64,000 nucleotides of DNA from contig CBDCLE010000012.1 of the NCBI GenBank assembly GCA_965218585.1, positions 1 to 64,000 of the forward strand, read 5' to 3'. This stretch comes from Terriglobia bacterium. GTDB taxonomy: Bacteria; Acidobacteriota; Terriglobia; 20CM-2-55-15. The notes beneath the pieces were generated by a model that did no database searches, was not told where the DNA came from, and saw only the letters and a program-made list of their open reading frames with translations. This document shows positions 1 through 11,046 of this stretch, in pieces. Each line of letters starts with the position of its first letter. The stretch's first letter is position 1. A program made the position numbers and the translations under genes.

Positions 1-958
1 ATCTGGCTACCGAACCCCAGTCGCTGGGAAGGATGTCTACCAGGACGTCGATTCCCTCCTCTCTTGCTGCGAAAATCAGGTCGTGAACCTTATCATCGAG
101 TTCTGGATCTCCGGAGTAGGGCGAATTACTACTGAGATGGGAAATCTGGACAACCCTTATTCCAGACCTCCTTCCAATCTCAATGGCCTCATCAACCGCC
201 CGATACACCGAACCTTCTTCCCCGGACCACCCGAGAACTTTTGAGCTGAAGTCTCTGAGATGGGTCGCGTAGATGCCCCCATATTCGGCAGCGACCTTGG
301 CGAGTTCTACAACCTCATCGGTGTGAGCGTAGACACCTGGGGAATATGCGAGACCCGTGGAGAGTCCTGCTGCGCCGTGTTGCATGGCTTCTCTTACGAG
401 GTCCTTCATCTCGTCGAGTTGCTTCTCGGTGGGCGCACCGTGGTTTCCATCCATCACGTACCTCCTCACGGTGCCATGCCCAACGAGCGTGGCCATATTC
501 AGGCCGATCCCACTTTGTTCAAGTCGATTGAAGTATTCTTCCCATGTCGACCAGTTGTTGTCCTCTTCTGGCGGGCCCGTGCGTGGTACTGGGCTTCCAC
601 CACAATTGCCGTTTACCTCTGTGGTGATGCCCTGTCTGATCTTGCTCTCCATCCATGGATCAACGAACATGCTCGTGTCAGAGTGGCTATGGACGTCGAT
701 AAACCCTGGACTGACGAAGAGTCCGTCAACGTCGATGACTCTGTCGGCCTTCGTCTCATCTACTCTGCCGATCTTGCTTATCCGTCCACCATTTAGGCCG
801 ATATCCGCCTTGAACCACGGGTTGCCGGCACCATCCAGGATTCGGCCGTTTTTTAGAACAAGATCATGCGCGTCGGAGCTCGCCTGCTCGCCGGGTTCGC
901 ACCCGTATGCGGCGGCGGACACCGCGGCAGCGTACGACAAGAACTCTCTTCTTTTCAC
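1..958 (-). CDS. N-acyl-D-amino-acid deacylase family amidohydrolase with Tat-like signal (runs off window start)
   Basis: Not in ORF track. Manual translation from GTG at 958 (GAGGT RBS upstream): MKRREFLSYAAAVSAAAYGC...DLVLKNGRILDGAGNPWFKADIG...SPGFIDVHSHSD...KIRQGITTEVNGNCG, the D-aminoacylase signature. Confidence 0.9.
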   Translation of the reverse strand, partial: MKRREFLSYAAAVSAAAYGCEPGEQASSDAHDLVLKNGRILDGAGNPWFKADIGLNGGRISKIGRVDETKADRVIDVDGLFVSPGFIDVHSHSDTSMFVDPWMESKIRQGITTEVNGNCGGSPVPRTGPPEEDNNWSTWEEYFNRLEQSGIGLNMATLVGHGTVRRYVMDGNHGAPTEKQLDEMKDLVREAMQHGAAGLSTGLAYSPGVYAHTDEVVELAKVAAEYGGIYATHLRDFSSKVLGWSGEEGSVYRAVDEAIEIGRRSGIRVVQISHLSSNSPYSGDPELDDKVHDLIFAAREEGIDVLVDILPSDWGSVAR

Positions 959-1573
959 TCTAGCTACCTCTATCGGAAAGCAGGTTATTCGAAGAAACCC
1001 TCGGGCACGGGTTGAAAGTCGGTCGGATTGTGACCACCGTCCTCTGCTGTCTGGATTCTGGCCTTCTGCCTCCTCCAAGTCAACATCACTGCCCAACGGC
1101 GAGGGTTCCGCCGTGCTCTTGCCACCCCTTGCACTGCGAACCCCGTTTGTTTTACTTATCGGCCAATGTTTTGTCATGACCGCTGGGTCTTCACTGGTTA
1201 CGATCTTGGGTGCTATCGACAACGATTAGTCGTGAGTAACGCCGTTTCGTTTACCGATCGATTCTCAACGCCCCAGAAGTCGGCTTCTGGCAACCAGTCC
1301 TAGTTTTTAGAACGAGTGAGCAATGATTGAGACGATCGGATGCTGAGAGACTGGAATCGATCCGGCTGGACGACGACTATGAGACGATACCCGCGAACAG
1401 GAGAGTGGAATGTCTGAGAAGACCCCGTCATCGGTAGACACCCCATGGAGGGGGTTGGGCTGCCTCGTGGTCGTTCTTGCTCTGTTGGCAGGTCCTCCCC
1501 TGCTGAAATCCGTCGACGTCATTTACAGTGCGGGCCACATGATTGAACCGCCCCGGGAATCCCGGAGACCGTT

Positions 1574-2814
<1,241 letters not shown>

Positions 2815-3430
2815 CCTCTCAAGAAATGGAGTCTCCGGAAAACCCGGGGCGGTTCAGATGGTGAACTGGGGCGACGCTCGGGTTTTCCCCCCGGGCGCGC
2901 AGTTCTGCAAGAAATGGTTCTGCGTGCGGACCAACACAACCCAGAAGCACGTGACGGGCAGCGAGGGATATACGAGCGAGGCGACGATGTACTTCTGCCC
3001 TGAGCATGCCGCCCCGCTCGCGTTGACGTTCTTCCACAAATATCTACACTTTGGAGCCCTTGACCTCTGGATCTTCCTGCCGTTCTGGGGTCTCACCTTT
3101 CTTGGGGTCTGGCTGATATTCAGTCTTGCGACACTGATCGTGACCGAGCCGGTCAGAATGGCGATGCCCGGGGAATACCGCTTGCCATGGAAAAAGCTGG
3201 ACGACGGTGAATCAGCCCCGGCAAGCGCGCTCAACAAGTTCGTACTGGTGACGTCCGTGACTCTCACCGCCATCATGGGTTTCTTTTACGCTGTATGGTA
3301 AGGGTCGTTCACTCTGAGACGCGTGAAACGCGGGGTGACTAGCACAGGATTGAAGTTCCCAGCAGCTGACGTACGATTTTCCAGGCGTCGGGGGGTTGGC
3401 TCCATTTCAGGATTCTGAGGCGCTGCAGCA

Positions 3431-3853
3431 ATGAACCAGATAGAACGGGACCGAATCCGTGCTGACATTCGGCGCGATCGCAAGCTGTGTCTCCTCTCCG
3501 CTCTTGGCGCGTACGGCGGCGTAGCATTGGCCTTCACGCTGATCGGCTACCTTGGCCCCGATTCGCGTGTGTCACTCTACGTTGGCGCCGTCATGTTCAT
3601 CGGGAGTGCGTTTTGGGGTTACCTGTTTGTTCTGCCATGGGCTTTCTACGCCCGAAGCAAGGGGAACAACGTTCCTCCGTTCGAATTTTCCGGTACGCAC
3701 ATTAAATTCCACGTGATGAGGTTCTTTGTCGCGCCGATCTTTCTAACGATAGACATCGCATGGGCTGTAAAAGAGCCAAAGCGATGCCGATCCTGTCTGG
3801 CCCAGAATCCAAGGAAATACACCGACTGCGCTGAGTGCTCGGGCCCCATCTGA
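3431..3853 (+). CDS. Hypothetical membrane protein with C-terminal CxxC...CxxC
   Basis: Three hydrophobic stretches; CRSC...CAEC. Confidence 0.6.
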   Translation: MNQIERDRIRADIRRDRKLCLLSALGAYGGVALAFTLIGYLGPDSRVSLYVGAVMFIGSAFWGYLFVLPWAFYARSKGNNVPPFEFSGTHIKFHVMRFFVAPIFLTIDIAWAVKEPKRCRSCLAQNPRKYTDCAECSGPI

Positions 3854-3921
3854 GTGCAACCCGCACCCGTTCTTTCAGCTCTTCAAACCAGTTGTTGGGC
3901 AGTTTCGTCGAGAAACAATGG

Positions 3922-4929
3922 TCAGTGGTCTGCAAGAAGGTTGAGGCGAACCCGCTCCGGCGTCGTCCCCGTCCAGGCGTTAAACGCTCGAAAGAACGAG
4001 TTGGGATCCTTAAAGCCGAGCAAGAAAGAAATCTCAGCACCGCTCAAGGCTGAGGTCCGCAGATAGTGCTTCGCCAAAGCCTCCCTCGTGCCCTCGAGTA
4101 CCGCCTGAAATCGCAATCCTTCCGTTCCGAGACGGCGCTGCAGAGTTCGTGAGCTGGTGCCGAGCTTCCTGGCGACCGCTTCTATCGAACCTTCACCACT
4201 CGGTAGAAGCTCGAGGAGCGCGGAACGCACGCGGTCTTCGTTCGTCGCAGATTCCGTGAGGTCCGACAAGCGTTTATTGAGCTCCGTTTCGAAGAATGCC
4301 CACATCGCTTCGTTTCGGCTCAGGAAAGGACGAGACGCGTCGGCCGAAGCAAATCGCAACCGGATTCGGTCCCCCTGTCTGACGGGGACGCCAAAGAACT
4401 CCGTGTACTCGCGCCTCTGTTTGGGCAAGACTGGCGAGCTCGCTTCTAAGGGGCACACTCGCACCCGAGTGGCAATGCGCGCGACCTGCACGAAAAACAC
4501 CAACTCAGTGAGCACCAGAGATGCGGGCGGCATGGGTGGCAAGTCGAGCCATTCAAGCTCCAGGGTTGTTGCGTCATCCGAGACATCAACGTGCAGTGCC
4601 ATCGGGGCTACGAGCCTTTTGTAATGTGCGATTCGCGCCAGCGCGGCGTTCAGGTCTTGGCTACAGAACGCTGCGAAAATTGGCGGGTCGAATGCCTCCA
4701 CAGATATGACGGCACCAATTCTCAGTGGAAGAATCGGATCGTCAGCTTCTTCGTCGATCCCTTTCCACAGCCGAAAGTACTCCTCTTGCGAGAGCGCAAA
4801 CTTGTCACGTGACAAAAGATCGCCGGGTAGGTCCGCTCGCCTGAGTACAGCTCCGGCGTTCAGTCCCAAGTCGTGAAGCAACACCTTCAAACCGGCGGAC
4901 ACGGGGTATTTTTCGTTTGCCATGGGCAC
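3922..4929 (-). CDS. AraC-family transcriptional regulator (OruR/VqsM-type)
   Basis: C-terminal VARKLGTSSRTLQRRL...EISFLLGFKDPNSFFRAFNAWTG double HTH. Confidence 0.95.
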   Translation of the reverse strand: MPMANEKYPVSAGLKVLLHDLGLNAGAVLRRADLPGDLLSRDKFALSQEEYFRLWKGIDEEADDPILPLRIGAVISVEAFDPPIFAAFCSQDLNAALARIAHYKRLVAPMALHVDVSDDATTLELEWLDLPPMPPASLVLTELVFFVQVARIATRVRVCPLEASSPVLPKQRREYTEFFGVPVRQGDRIRLRFASADASRPFLSRNEAMWAFFETELNKRLSDLTESATNEDRVRSALLELLPSGEGSIEAVARKLGTSSRTLQRRLGTEGLRFQAVLEGTREALAKHYLRTSALSGAEISFLLGFKDPNSFFRAFNAWTGTTPERVRLNLLADH

Positions 4930-5028
4930 CCTTTCCTACAACTCCTGGGGCGTTTTACGTCTTCGCATTTACGAATGCGAACAAGCTCAACTTCGCAGTG
5001 GGACACAGCGGCGGCGACGGGTCATCGT

Positions 5029-5961
5029 TTAGGAGGCAGCGAGTGGACGATCACCTCGTGAAAAATGGTAGTTCACTCCCGTTAATCTCTCTGAAATGTC
5101 CCAGAGCTTGCGCGCTACTCCATGGTCATGCGATTGTTTGTTAGATTTCACCCGCTTTGGGCTTCCACTCATTTCCATCCAGCCGGCGGGACCGAAATAG
5201 TCACCGCTTAGCACATCTTCGCCTACCGCAGCACGTAGTGTGGGGAGCGCTCCCATCGGCGGCTCTTGAGCGAAGAACCGATTGAAGAAGCGCATTCTTC
5301 CCGCATGGGCTTGCAGATTCGTCTCCGTCCAGCCCGGGTGGGCGGCTGCTACTACAACGTCTCTATCGGCTACTTTGAATCTGCGCTGCAATTCGTAGGT
5401 GAAGAGAAGATTGGCCAACTTGCTCTGTCCGTATGCGCCGCCGGGTTTGTAGTCGCTTTCCCAATTGAGATCATCAAAGTGGATCTGCCCAAAACGATGG
5501 GCTAAGCTGCTCACATTGACGATGCGTGAATCTGCCGTCTTCAACAGCATATCGAGAAGCAATCCCGTCAGCGCAAAATGACCCAGATGATTGACGCCGA
5601 ATTGAGTTTCAAAACCCTGTTTGGTTTTGCCATACGGTGGCACCATGATGCCGGCGTTGTTGATTAGGAGATCGAGGCGTTCGAATCTCCTCATGATCGC
5701 TCCCGCAAATTCCTTCACGGATTCCAGATCATTGAGATCAAGCTGGACAACCTCGACAGAGCCCGATGGATGAGTCGCTCTAATCTCGTCCGCTGCCTGA
5801 CCCGCTTTGTCCATGTTTCTGCTGGCCATGATCACGATAGCGCCTTTGTGAGCCAGCGCTTTGACTGTCTCGTAGCCGATTCCGCTATTGCCGCCAGTCA
5901 CGATGGCGACTCTGCCAGTCTGATCTCCGATGTCTGCTGTCGTCCACTTCTGTTGTGCCAT
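5029..5961 (-). CDS. Short-chain dehydrogenase/reductase (retinol dehydrogenase-like)
   Basis: TGGNSGIG, NNAG, YGQSK motifs. Confidence 0.95.
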   Translation of the reverse strand: MAQQKWTTADIGDQTGRVAIVTGGNSGIGYETVKALAHKGAIVIMASRNMDKAGQAADEIRATHPSGSVEVVQLDLNDLESVKEFAGAIMRRFERLDLLINNAGIMVPPYGKTKQGFETQFGVNHLGHFALTGLLLDMLLKTADSRIVNVSSLAHRFGQIHFDDLNWESDYKPGGAYGQSKLANLLFTYELQRRFKVADRDVVVAAAHPGWTETNLQAHAGRMRFFNRFFAQEPPMGALPTLRAAVGEDVLSGDYFGPAGWMEMSGSPKRVKSNKQSHDHGVARKLWDISERLTGVNYHFSRGDRPLAAS

Positions 5962-6034
5962 CTTAAGACTCCTTCCTATTTATCGAATCTACAAGATCAA
6001 GACTAAGGCCCTTGAGGGATTCGATGCACTATTA

Positions 6035-7225
6035 CTACTGTGTTATAAACGAAGCGGTCCACAGAACGGACAACGAGGAAGCTGCTGAATCAGGAAGCGG
6101 GCGATGCGAATGCGAAGCGTGGCAATCGAGCAGGGGTTATGTCGTTCGGGCCGGATCCGGGGTTCCGCGGGGTTTGAAGTGTTTGGGGAGTTTGGGGACG
6201 GATAGTCCAACATGCTCGACAAATGCAGAGGGGGAAAATCGGCTCCGCTCGGCGACCAGGAACCCATAAGAGGCAATACATAAGGTGCCATGATGGTGAA
6301 ATCCACGCCAGCCGCGACCTTCGTAGTGTCCCAGACCGAGTTCCTGCTTGAGTTCCTGATAGTCGCGTTCGATGATCCAGCGCTGTTTGGCCTGACCGGC
6401 CAGATCGGAAAGCGAGGTATGGGCCCCAAGAGTGGAGAGCCAATACCGGATCGGTTCGGATGCGGTCTTGGGCCACTCGACCAACAACCACTCTTTCGGA
6501 TGCGGCGAGTGGCGCTCGTGATCCAGATGAGCGGGACGAATGCGAACTGCGGCGAAACGGGAACGCAGGGTCTCGGAGGTGCCTTCGCGCCAGGAGACGT
6601 TCTTCCAACGCTGGGGAGACAACGAGAGGGCCAGTTGCTTGACCGAAACCGGTTGATGTTTCTTGTTGCGCTGCATGCGGGTCGGTGTCCGTCCGCGGCC
6701 GGTCAAGGATTTCGGCGGCAAGGGACCCTGGCCCGGTTTCCACACGGTCGTGGTGCCTTGCACCCCTAGGACGTAGCTAAGTCCGAGTTCGGTGATGCCG
6801 TGCCGGAACTTGTAGTTGTTGCCGTAGGCCGTATCGCCCAGAACCGGTGCCGGAGCAATGCCGTCATCGACGGCCTGCCGGATTTGTTCCAAAGCAATTT
6901 GAGGTTTAGTTTGAAATCGAACGTCTTCGGGAATAGCGGCTTTGCTTCGACGTTCCGGATCCTTCGCCCAGGTCTCGGGGAGGTAGAGTCGCCATGCCAC
7001 CGGCAAGCTGGATTTCGCTGTCGCCACCGACAGGCTCACCGCCACCCGGCAGTTCTCAGGTTTGCCGACCTGTCCACAGTATTGCCGGGCCACACCCACC
7101 GAGTGGGTCCCCTTTTTCACGAATCCGGTGTCGTCGACAATCCAGGCTTCAATCGGACCGTTGGCTTCCATCGCCCCCAGCGCGTACTGTCGAACTTCTG
7201 CCAACAGAGCCGCATCGTCCCAGGG
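6035..7225 (-). mobile_element. IS701-family element remnant, 5'-truncated
   Basis: IVDDTGFVKKGTHSVGVARQYCGQ, RWIIERDYQELKQELGLGHYEGR. Transposase-like sequence stops at PWDD (7225) with an in-frame TGA just upstream; probable terminus CTACTGTGTTATAA at 6035. Confidence 0.9.
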
Positions 7226-7226
7226 T

Positions 7227-9012
7227 CATCATGCTCAATAGTGTTTCTGTCATCGACGCGACGCTGACTTCTACAGCAACGGCTGCCCCGACTTCGGTGG
7301 CGGTCGGAGCCAGAGTATTGTTCACTGTAGAGGTCACACCGGGCACCGATCCCACGAGTACGGCAATCAACGTAACCGCCAATCTGTCCCCAATCGGAGG
7401 CTCCGCCTCACAAGCGCTGTTCGACGACGGCACGAATGGAGACGCCACGTCTGGAGACAACGTCTTCTCCTTTCTGGCAGACGTTCCAGCCAGCGTCGCC
7501 TCGGGCGCTCATTCGATCACGGTCAGCGTGAGCGATTCCATCTCCCGCACGGGAACGACCTCTGTTGCTCTCACGGTGTCGGCAGGCCAGACCTTCGCCA
7601 TCACCGACAGGGGTGGGGTTTCGCTCTCTTCTGAAGGGAGCTCAGCGACTACGGTTTCAGGCTATGGCCAGGTGGAACCCGACGACGGGATGACGACGCC
7701 CACAGGACTGGCCATATTCGGTTTCCGGCAGAACGGGATTCTCGTCTCGGAAGCCGGCGTACCGGCTTCCCCAACCCTTCAGGAAGGACGGATCTTTGCG
7801 GAGATCGACGGCCCGGTCAGGACCGGCCTCGCGATCGCCAATCCAAACGAGGCCACAGTCACGATCTGGTTCGCCTTCACAGACGCCGATGGCGCCGACT
7901 TCGGAAATGGCAATTTCACGCTGGGACCGGAGGAATAAATGGCAAGGTTCCTGGACGAGGCTCCGTTCAACGGTGTCGCACCCATGTTGGGATCGTTCAC
8001 CTTCACTTCCAACCTTCCGATCTCCGTTATCGCGCTCCGCGGCTTCACCAATGAAAGATCCGAGTTCCTCATGACAACACTGCCTGTGTCACCGCTCACT
8101 GCGGGCGCTTCAGACACGGTCTACTTCCCTCACTTCGCGGACGGAGCCGGCTGGACTACGCAGGTCATCCTCGTAAACCCGACTAACGCGGCGCTCACCG
8201 GAAGCGTTCAGTTCTTTGGCACGGGAAGCGAAACGGCCGCGGCCGAGCCGGTGGCGCTCACACTGACCGACACTCAAACCGGATCGGAATTTACCTACTC
8301 GATTGCTCCGTGCAGTTCGATCCGGCTCCAGACCTCAAATCCTGAGGGATCCACCCAGGTGGGATCGGTCAGGGTAGTCGCGGACGGGGGGAGTTCCCCG
8401 CCTTCGGGTGTGGGTATCTTTTCTTTCGAGAACGGCGGAGTGACGGTGTCCGAGGCCGGCGTGCCCGCATCGACCGCGGGCGCGGCGTTCAGGGTTTACG
8501 TCGAGGCCAGTGGTACATCGGGACAGCCCGGGTCGATTCGGAGCGGGATGGCACTGACCAACACTTCTGGAGCGGCGACGGTAGTCCTTCTTGAACTGAC
8601 TACGCTGGACGGAGTAGCCACAGGACTGACTGAACCCATCACGATCCCGGCATCCGGTCAGGTCGCCCGATTCATCGACGAAATATTCTCATCGCTCACG
8701 ACACCGTTTTCAGGGATTCTCAGGATAACTTCGACGGCGACAGACATGGCCATCGTGGGCCTTCGTCTCACAACCAACGAGCGGAACGACTTTCTGATAA
8801 CGACGACCCCGCCTTCAGACGAATCCTCGGCGACGACCTCGTCGGATCTCTTCTTCCCTCACTTTGTGGATTCAGGCGGCTGGACCACTCAATTCATTCT
8901 GTTCAGCGGTTCGTCTGGACAGACATCAAGCGGATCTCTCGGTTTCACAGGCCAGGATGGCCAGACGCTGGACCTTTCGGTTTCTTCGACATCGACGCAA
9001 AGTGTCCCCTGA
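7227..9012 (+). pseudogene. C-terminal fragment of a large secreted/surface repeat protein, 5'-truncated, with internal TAA at 7936-7938
   Basis: LFDDGTNGDATSGDNVFS motif; two internal repeats (VSEAGVPAS...FPHFxDxxGWTTQ); EE*MARFLDE aligns with GQVARFIDE in the second repeat. Confidence 0.8.
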
Positions 9013-9033
9013 AAAACAGTTCTTGCTTCCAAC

Positions 9034-9060
9034 AAAAAAGCGGCGGTTCGCACCGCCGCT
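9034..9060 (-). terminator. Intrinsic terminator downstream of the rhodanese gene
   Basis: AGCGGCGGT-TCGC-ACCGCCGCT hairpin preceded on + by A6 (U-tract on -). Confidence 0.8.
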
Positions 9061-9087
9061 CAGAAAGGCATCTCAAGATCTCTTGTT

Positions 9088-9522
9088 CTACTGAACAGGC
9101 CTTATCGGCCCTTCGGCTGGACGATCGACACTTTCGACAACTTCGAGTCCTTCAGCTTTCCAATCGTTGATGCCGCAGAACTGACCGGCGTTGTATCCAG
9201 CATCTGTAAACATCTGTGCAGCGCGCGACGCGCGCCCGCCTCCCTGTCAGTAGAAAACGAGTTCGATATCTTTCGGGATGTCGGCCATCCGAGCTTCGAG
9301 CTCGCCCACCGGGATGTGAATAGCGCCTTTGATCGCGCCATTGGCTTCGAGTTCCCAGTCCTCACGGACATCGATCAGCAGGAAAGTATCTCCACTTTCC
9401 AACTTGTCCTTGAGGGTGGGAATCGCGATGCGCTCGACGTCCGTACTCTCCTGAGCTTGGGCATAGCCGGTCACACCAGACATCAAGATGACCATGAAGA
9501 GTCCGATCCATAGTTTCGACAT
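9088..9522 (-). CDS. Secreted rhodanese-domain protein with probable selenocysteine at codon 92 (TGA 9247-9249), 144 aa
   Basis: GAGGAGG RBS, signal peptide MSKLWIG...AQA, LIDVREDWE, GAIHIP, then VFY-UGA-QGGGRASRAA...GINDW; frame open to TAG at 9088. Confidence 0.85.
9218..9249 (-). promoter_or_regulatory. Candidate bacterial SECIS hairpin
   Basis: UGA-CAGGGAGGCG-GGCGCGC-GUC-GCGCGCU: GC stem with G-led apical loop starting ~17 nt after UGA. Confidence 0.7.
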
Positions 9523-9622
9523 TCGTGGAGCCTCCTCTAGTAGGGTTGTTAAGTCCAGGTACTTGCACATTATAATACCGCCATACAGGCACGCATTCAC
9601 GGCAAACCGATTGGAAAACACT

Positions 9623-10510
9623 ATGAAACGACACTACGTAGGAACCGTTGACGAAACAAGATTCCAGACGCCCGAACATTACAAATCCCACTCATCCGGA
9701 TATACCCGGCTGGAACTCATCGATCATGAAGCCGACCCCTCATCCGTACACACGGGATTAGGTCTCGCCCAGATCGAACCCGGAGGGCACCTCGATCCTG
9801 TGGTCCACGCGTTTGAAAAGGGCTTCTACGTCCTCGAGGGATCCCTGATCACAGAAATCGATGGCCGAAGCGCCGAACTCCCGACGAATCATTACGGGCT
9901 CATTCCTCTGGGCACAACCTACTCGATGTACAACGCGGGATCCGAACCTGTGCGTTTGCTGGAAATGATGGCGCCTCAACCCAAACCCTCCGATGACATT
10001 TTTCAGGACACTTACTTTCACAAGGAAGGTGCGGTCACCAAGACGGGCGACGTTCCCGACCTTGGGGATCCGCGGACCTCAAAATATCTTGGCAAGTTCG
10101 AAGACTCCCAACTACCGGACTCTGGTGCGATATCGGCGGTCGGCGCCAGGAGCGGATCCATCGCCGGGGTCGCCATCAAGGAATTCATCGACCGGATGCT
10201 GGGCGCCGAACACATGGCGATGTTCATGGTGCAGTTCCGTCCTGGTGGGATGGGAACCCAACACGACCATGCGTTCGAGGAGTCCTACTTCTTCCTTTCC
10301 GGCGAAGCCGAAGCGGTCCTGAATGGACAGACCTATCGGGTTAAAGCGGGAGATTTCGTCTGGACGGGTGTGGGCTGCATGCACAGCTTTGAAAACATCG
10401 GCGAGAAGCCCGTCCGCTGGATCGAGACACAGGCGCCCCTGCCGACGGCGACGGAGGCCTTCCGCTTCCGCCGGGAATGGGAACCGGTAGCCAAGAAGAT
10501 CGAAGGATAG
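9623..10510 (+). CDS. Bicupin protein
   Basis: Two cupin motifs: HLDPVVHAFEKGFYVLEG and QHDHAFEESYFFLSG...GCMHSFEN. Confidence 0.9.
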   Translation: MKRHYVGTVDETRFQTPEHYKSHSSGYTRLELIDHEADPSSVHTGLGLAQIEPGGHLDPVVHAFEKGFYVLEGSLITEIDGRSAELPTNHYGLIPLGTTYSMYNAGSEPVRLLEMMAPQPKPSDDIFQDTYFHKEGAVTKTGDVPDLGDPRTSKYLGKFEDSQLPDSGAISAVGARSGSIAGVAIKEFIDRMLGAEHMAMFMVQFRPGGMGTQHDHAFEESYFFLSGEAEAVLNGQTYRVKAGDFVWTGVGCMHSFENIGEKPVRWIETQAPLPTATEAFRFRREWEPVAKKIEG

Positions 10511-10534
10511 TAACCCACACGGCCTCACCTGCTG

Positions 10535-10972
10535 TCAGGCTTTATTGACCATCCAGGCCGAAAAGCTTTCGAGGAAATCCCGGAAGCCGTCGAGGTGCTC
10601 GGGCGGAAAATCGTATTCTCCCGCCGCCCGTCCGAGCGTCTTGCCGAAACACCCCAGCCAGATCTGCCGAGCCTGCTCGTCAATCTCGAACGGAAGATGC
10701 CTCGCTCTCATCCGGGGTGGGCCGTACTTTTCAAAATAGAGAGGCGGTCCCCCCAGAAGCGTTACGAAGAAGCTCGCTGATTTCTTCGAAGCCTCTTCCA
10801 TGTCCACGGGAAAGAGATGGCGGATCTCGGACTTGTCCAGTTCCCGATAAAAGTCCGACATCATCCTGAAAATATTAGCCTCACCCATGAGCCCATATAT
10901 TTCCTTGCTGGGACCGGGACCCTGGGGTGGACCGCCGAGAGGCGTATAGATGATTCGTTCTGTTTCAGCCAT
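10535..10972 (-). CDS. Truncated (2/2) hemoglobin, group II-like
   Basis: DFY...LFP...LGGPPLY...PRMRARHLPFEI...WLGCF. Confidence 0.9.
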   Translation of the reverse strand: MAETERIIYTPLGGPPQGPGPSKEIYGLMGEANIFRMMSDFYRELDKSEIRHLFPVDMEEASKKSASFFVTLLGGPPLYFEKYGPPRMRARHLPFEIDEQARQIWLGCFGKTLGRAAGEYDFPPEHLDGFRDFLESFSAWMVNKA

Positions 10973-10980
10973 ATATCCTG

Positions 10981-11009
10981 AAACCAAAACGGGCCCCGAA
11001 AGGGGCCCG
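10981..11009 (-). terminator. Hairpin, probable terminator after the MBL gene
   Basis: CGGGCCCC-GAAA-GGGGCCCG followed on - by TTTTGGTTT. Confidence 0.65.
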
Positions 11010-11046
11010 CTCGTTACCCAGCTGATGGCCAATGGCCGCAGGCTCT

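Noticed and set aside
260-1229. + strand ORFs 260-796 and 357-1229
   Set aside because: Antisense shadows of the minus-strand D-aminoacylase
7936-7938. Internal stop as recoding
   Set aside because: It is TAA at a Gln position in a 5'-truncated gene; nonsense mutation is simpler
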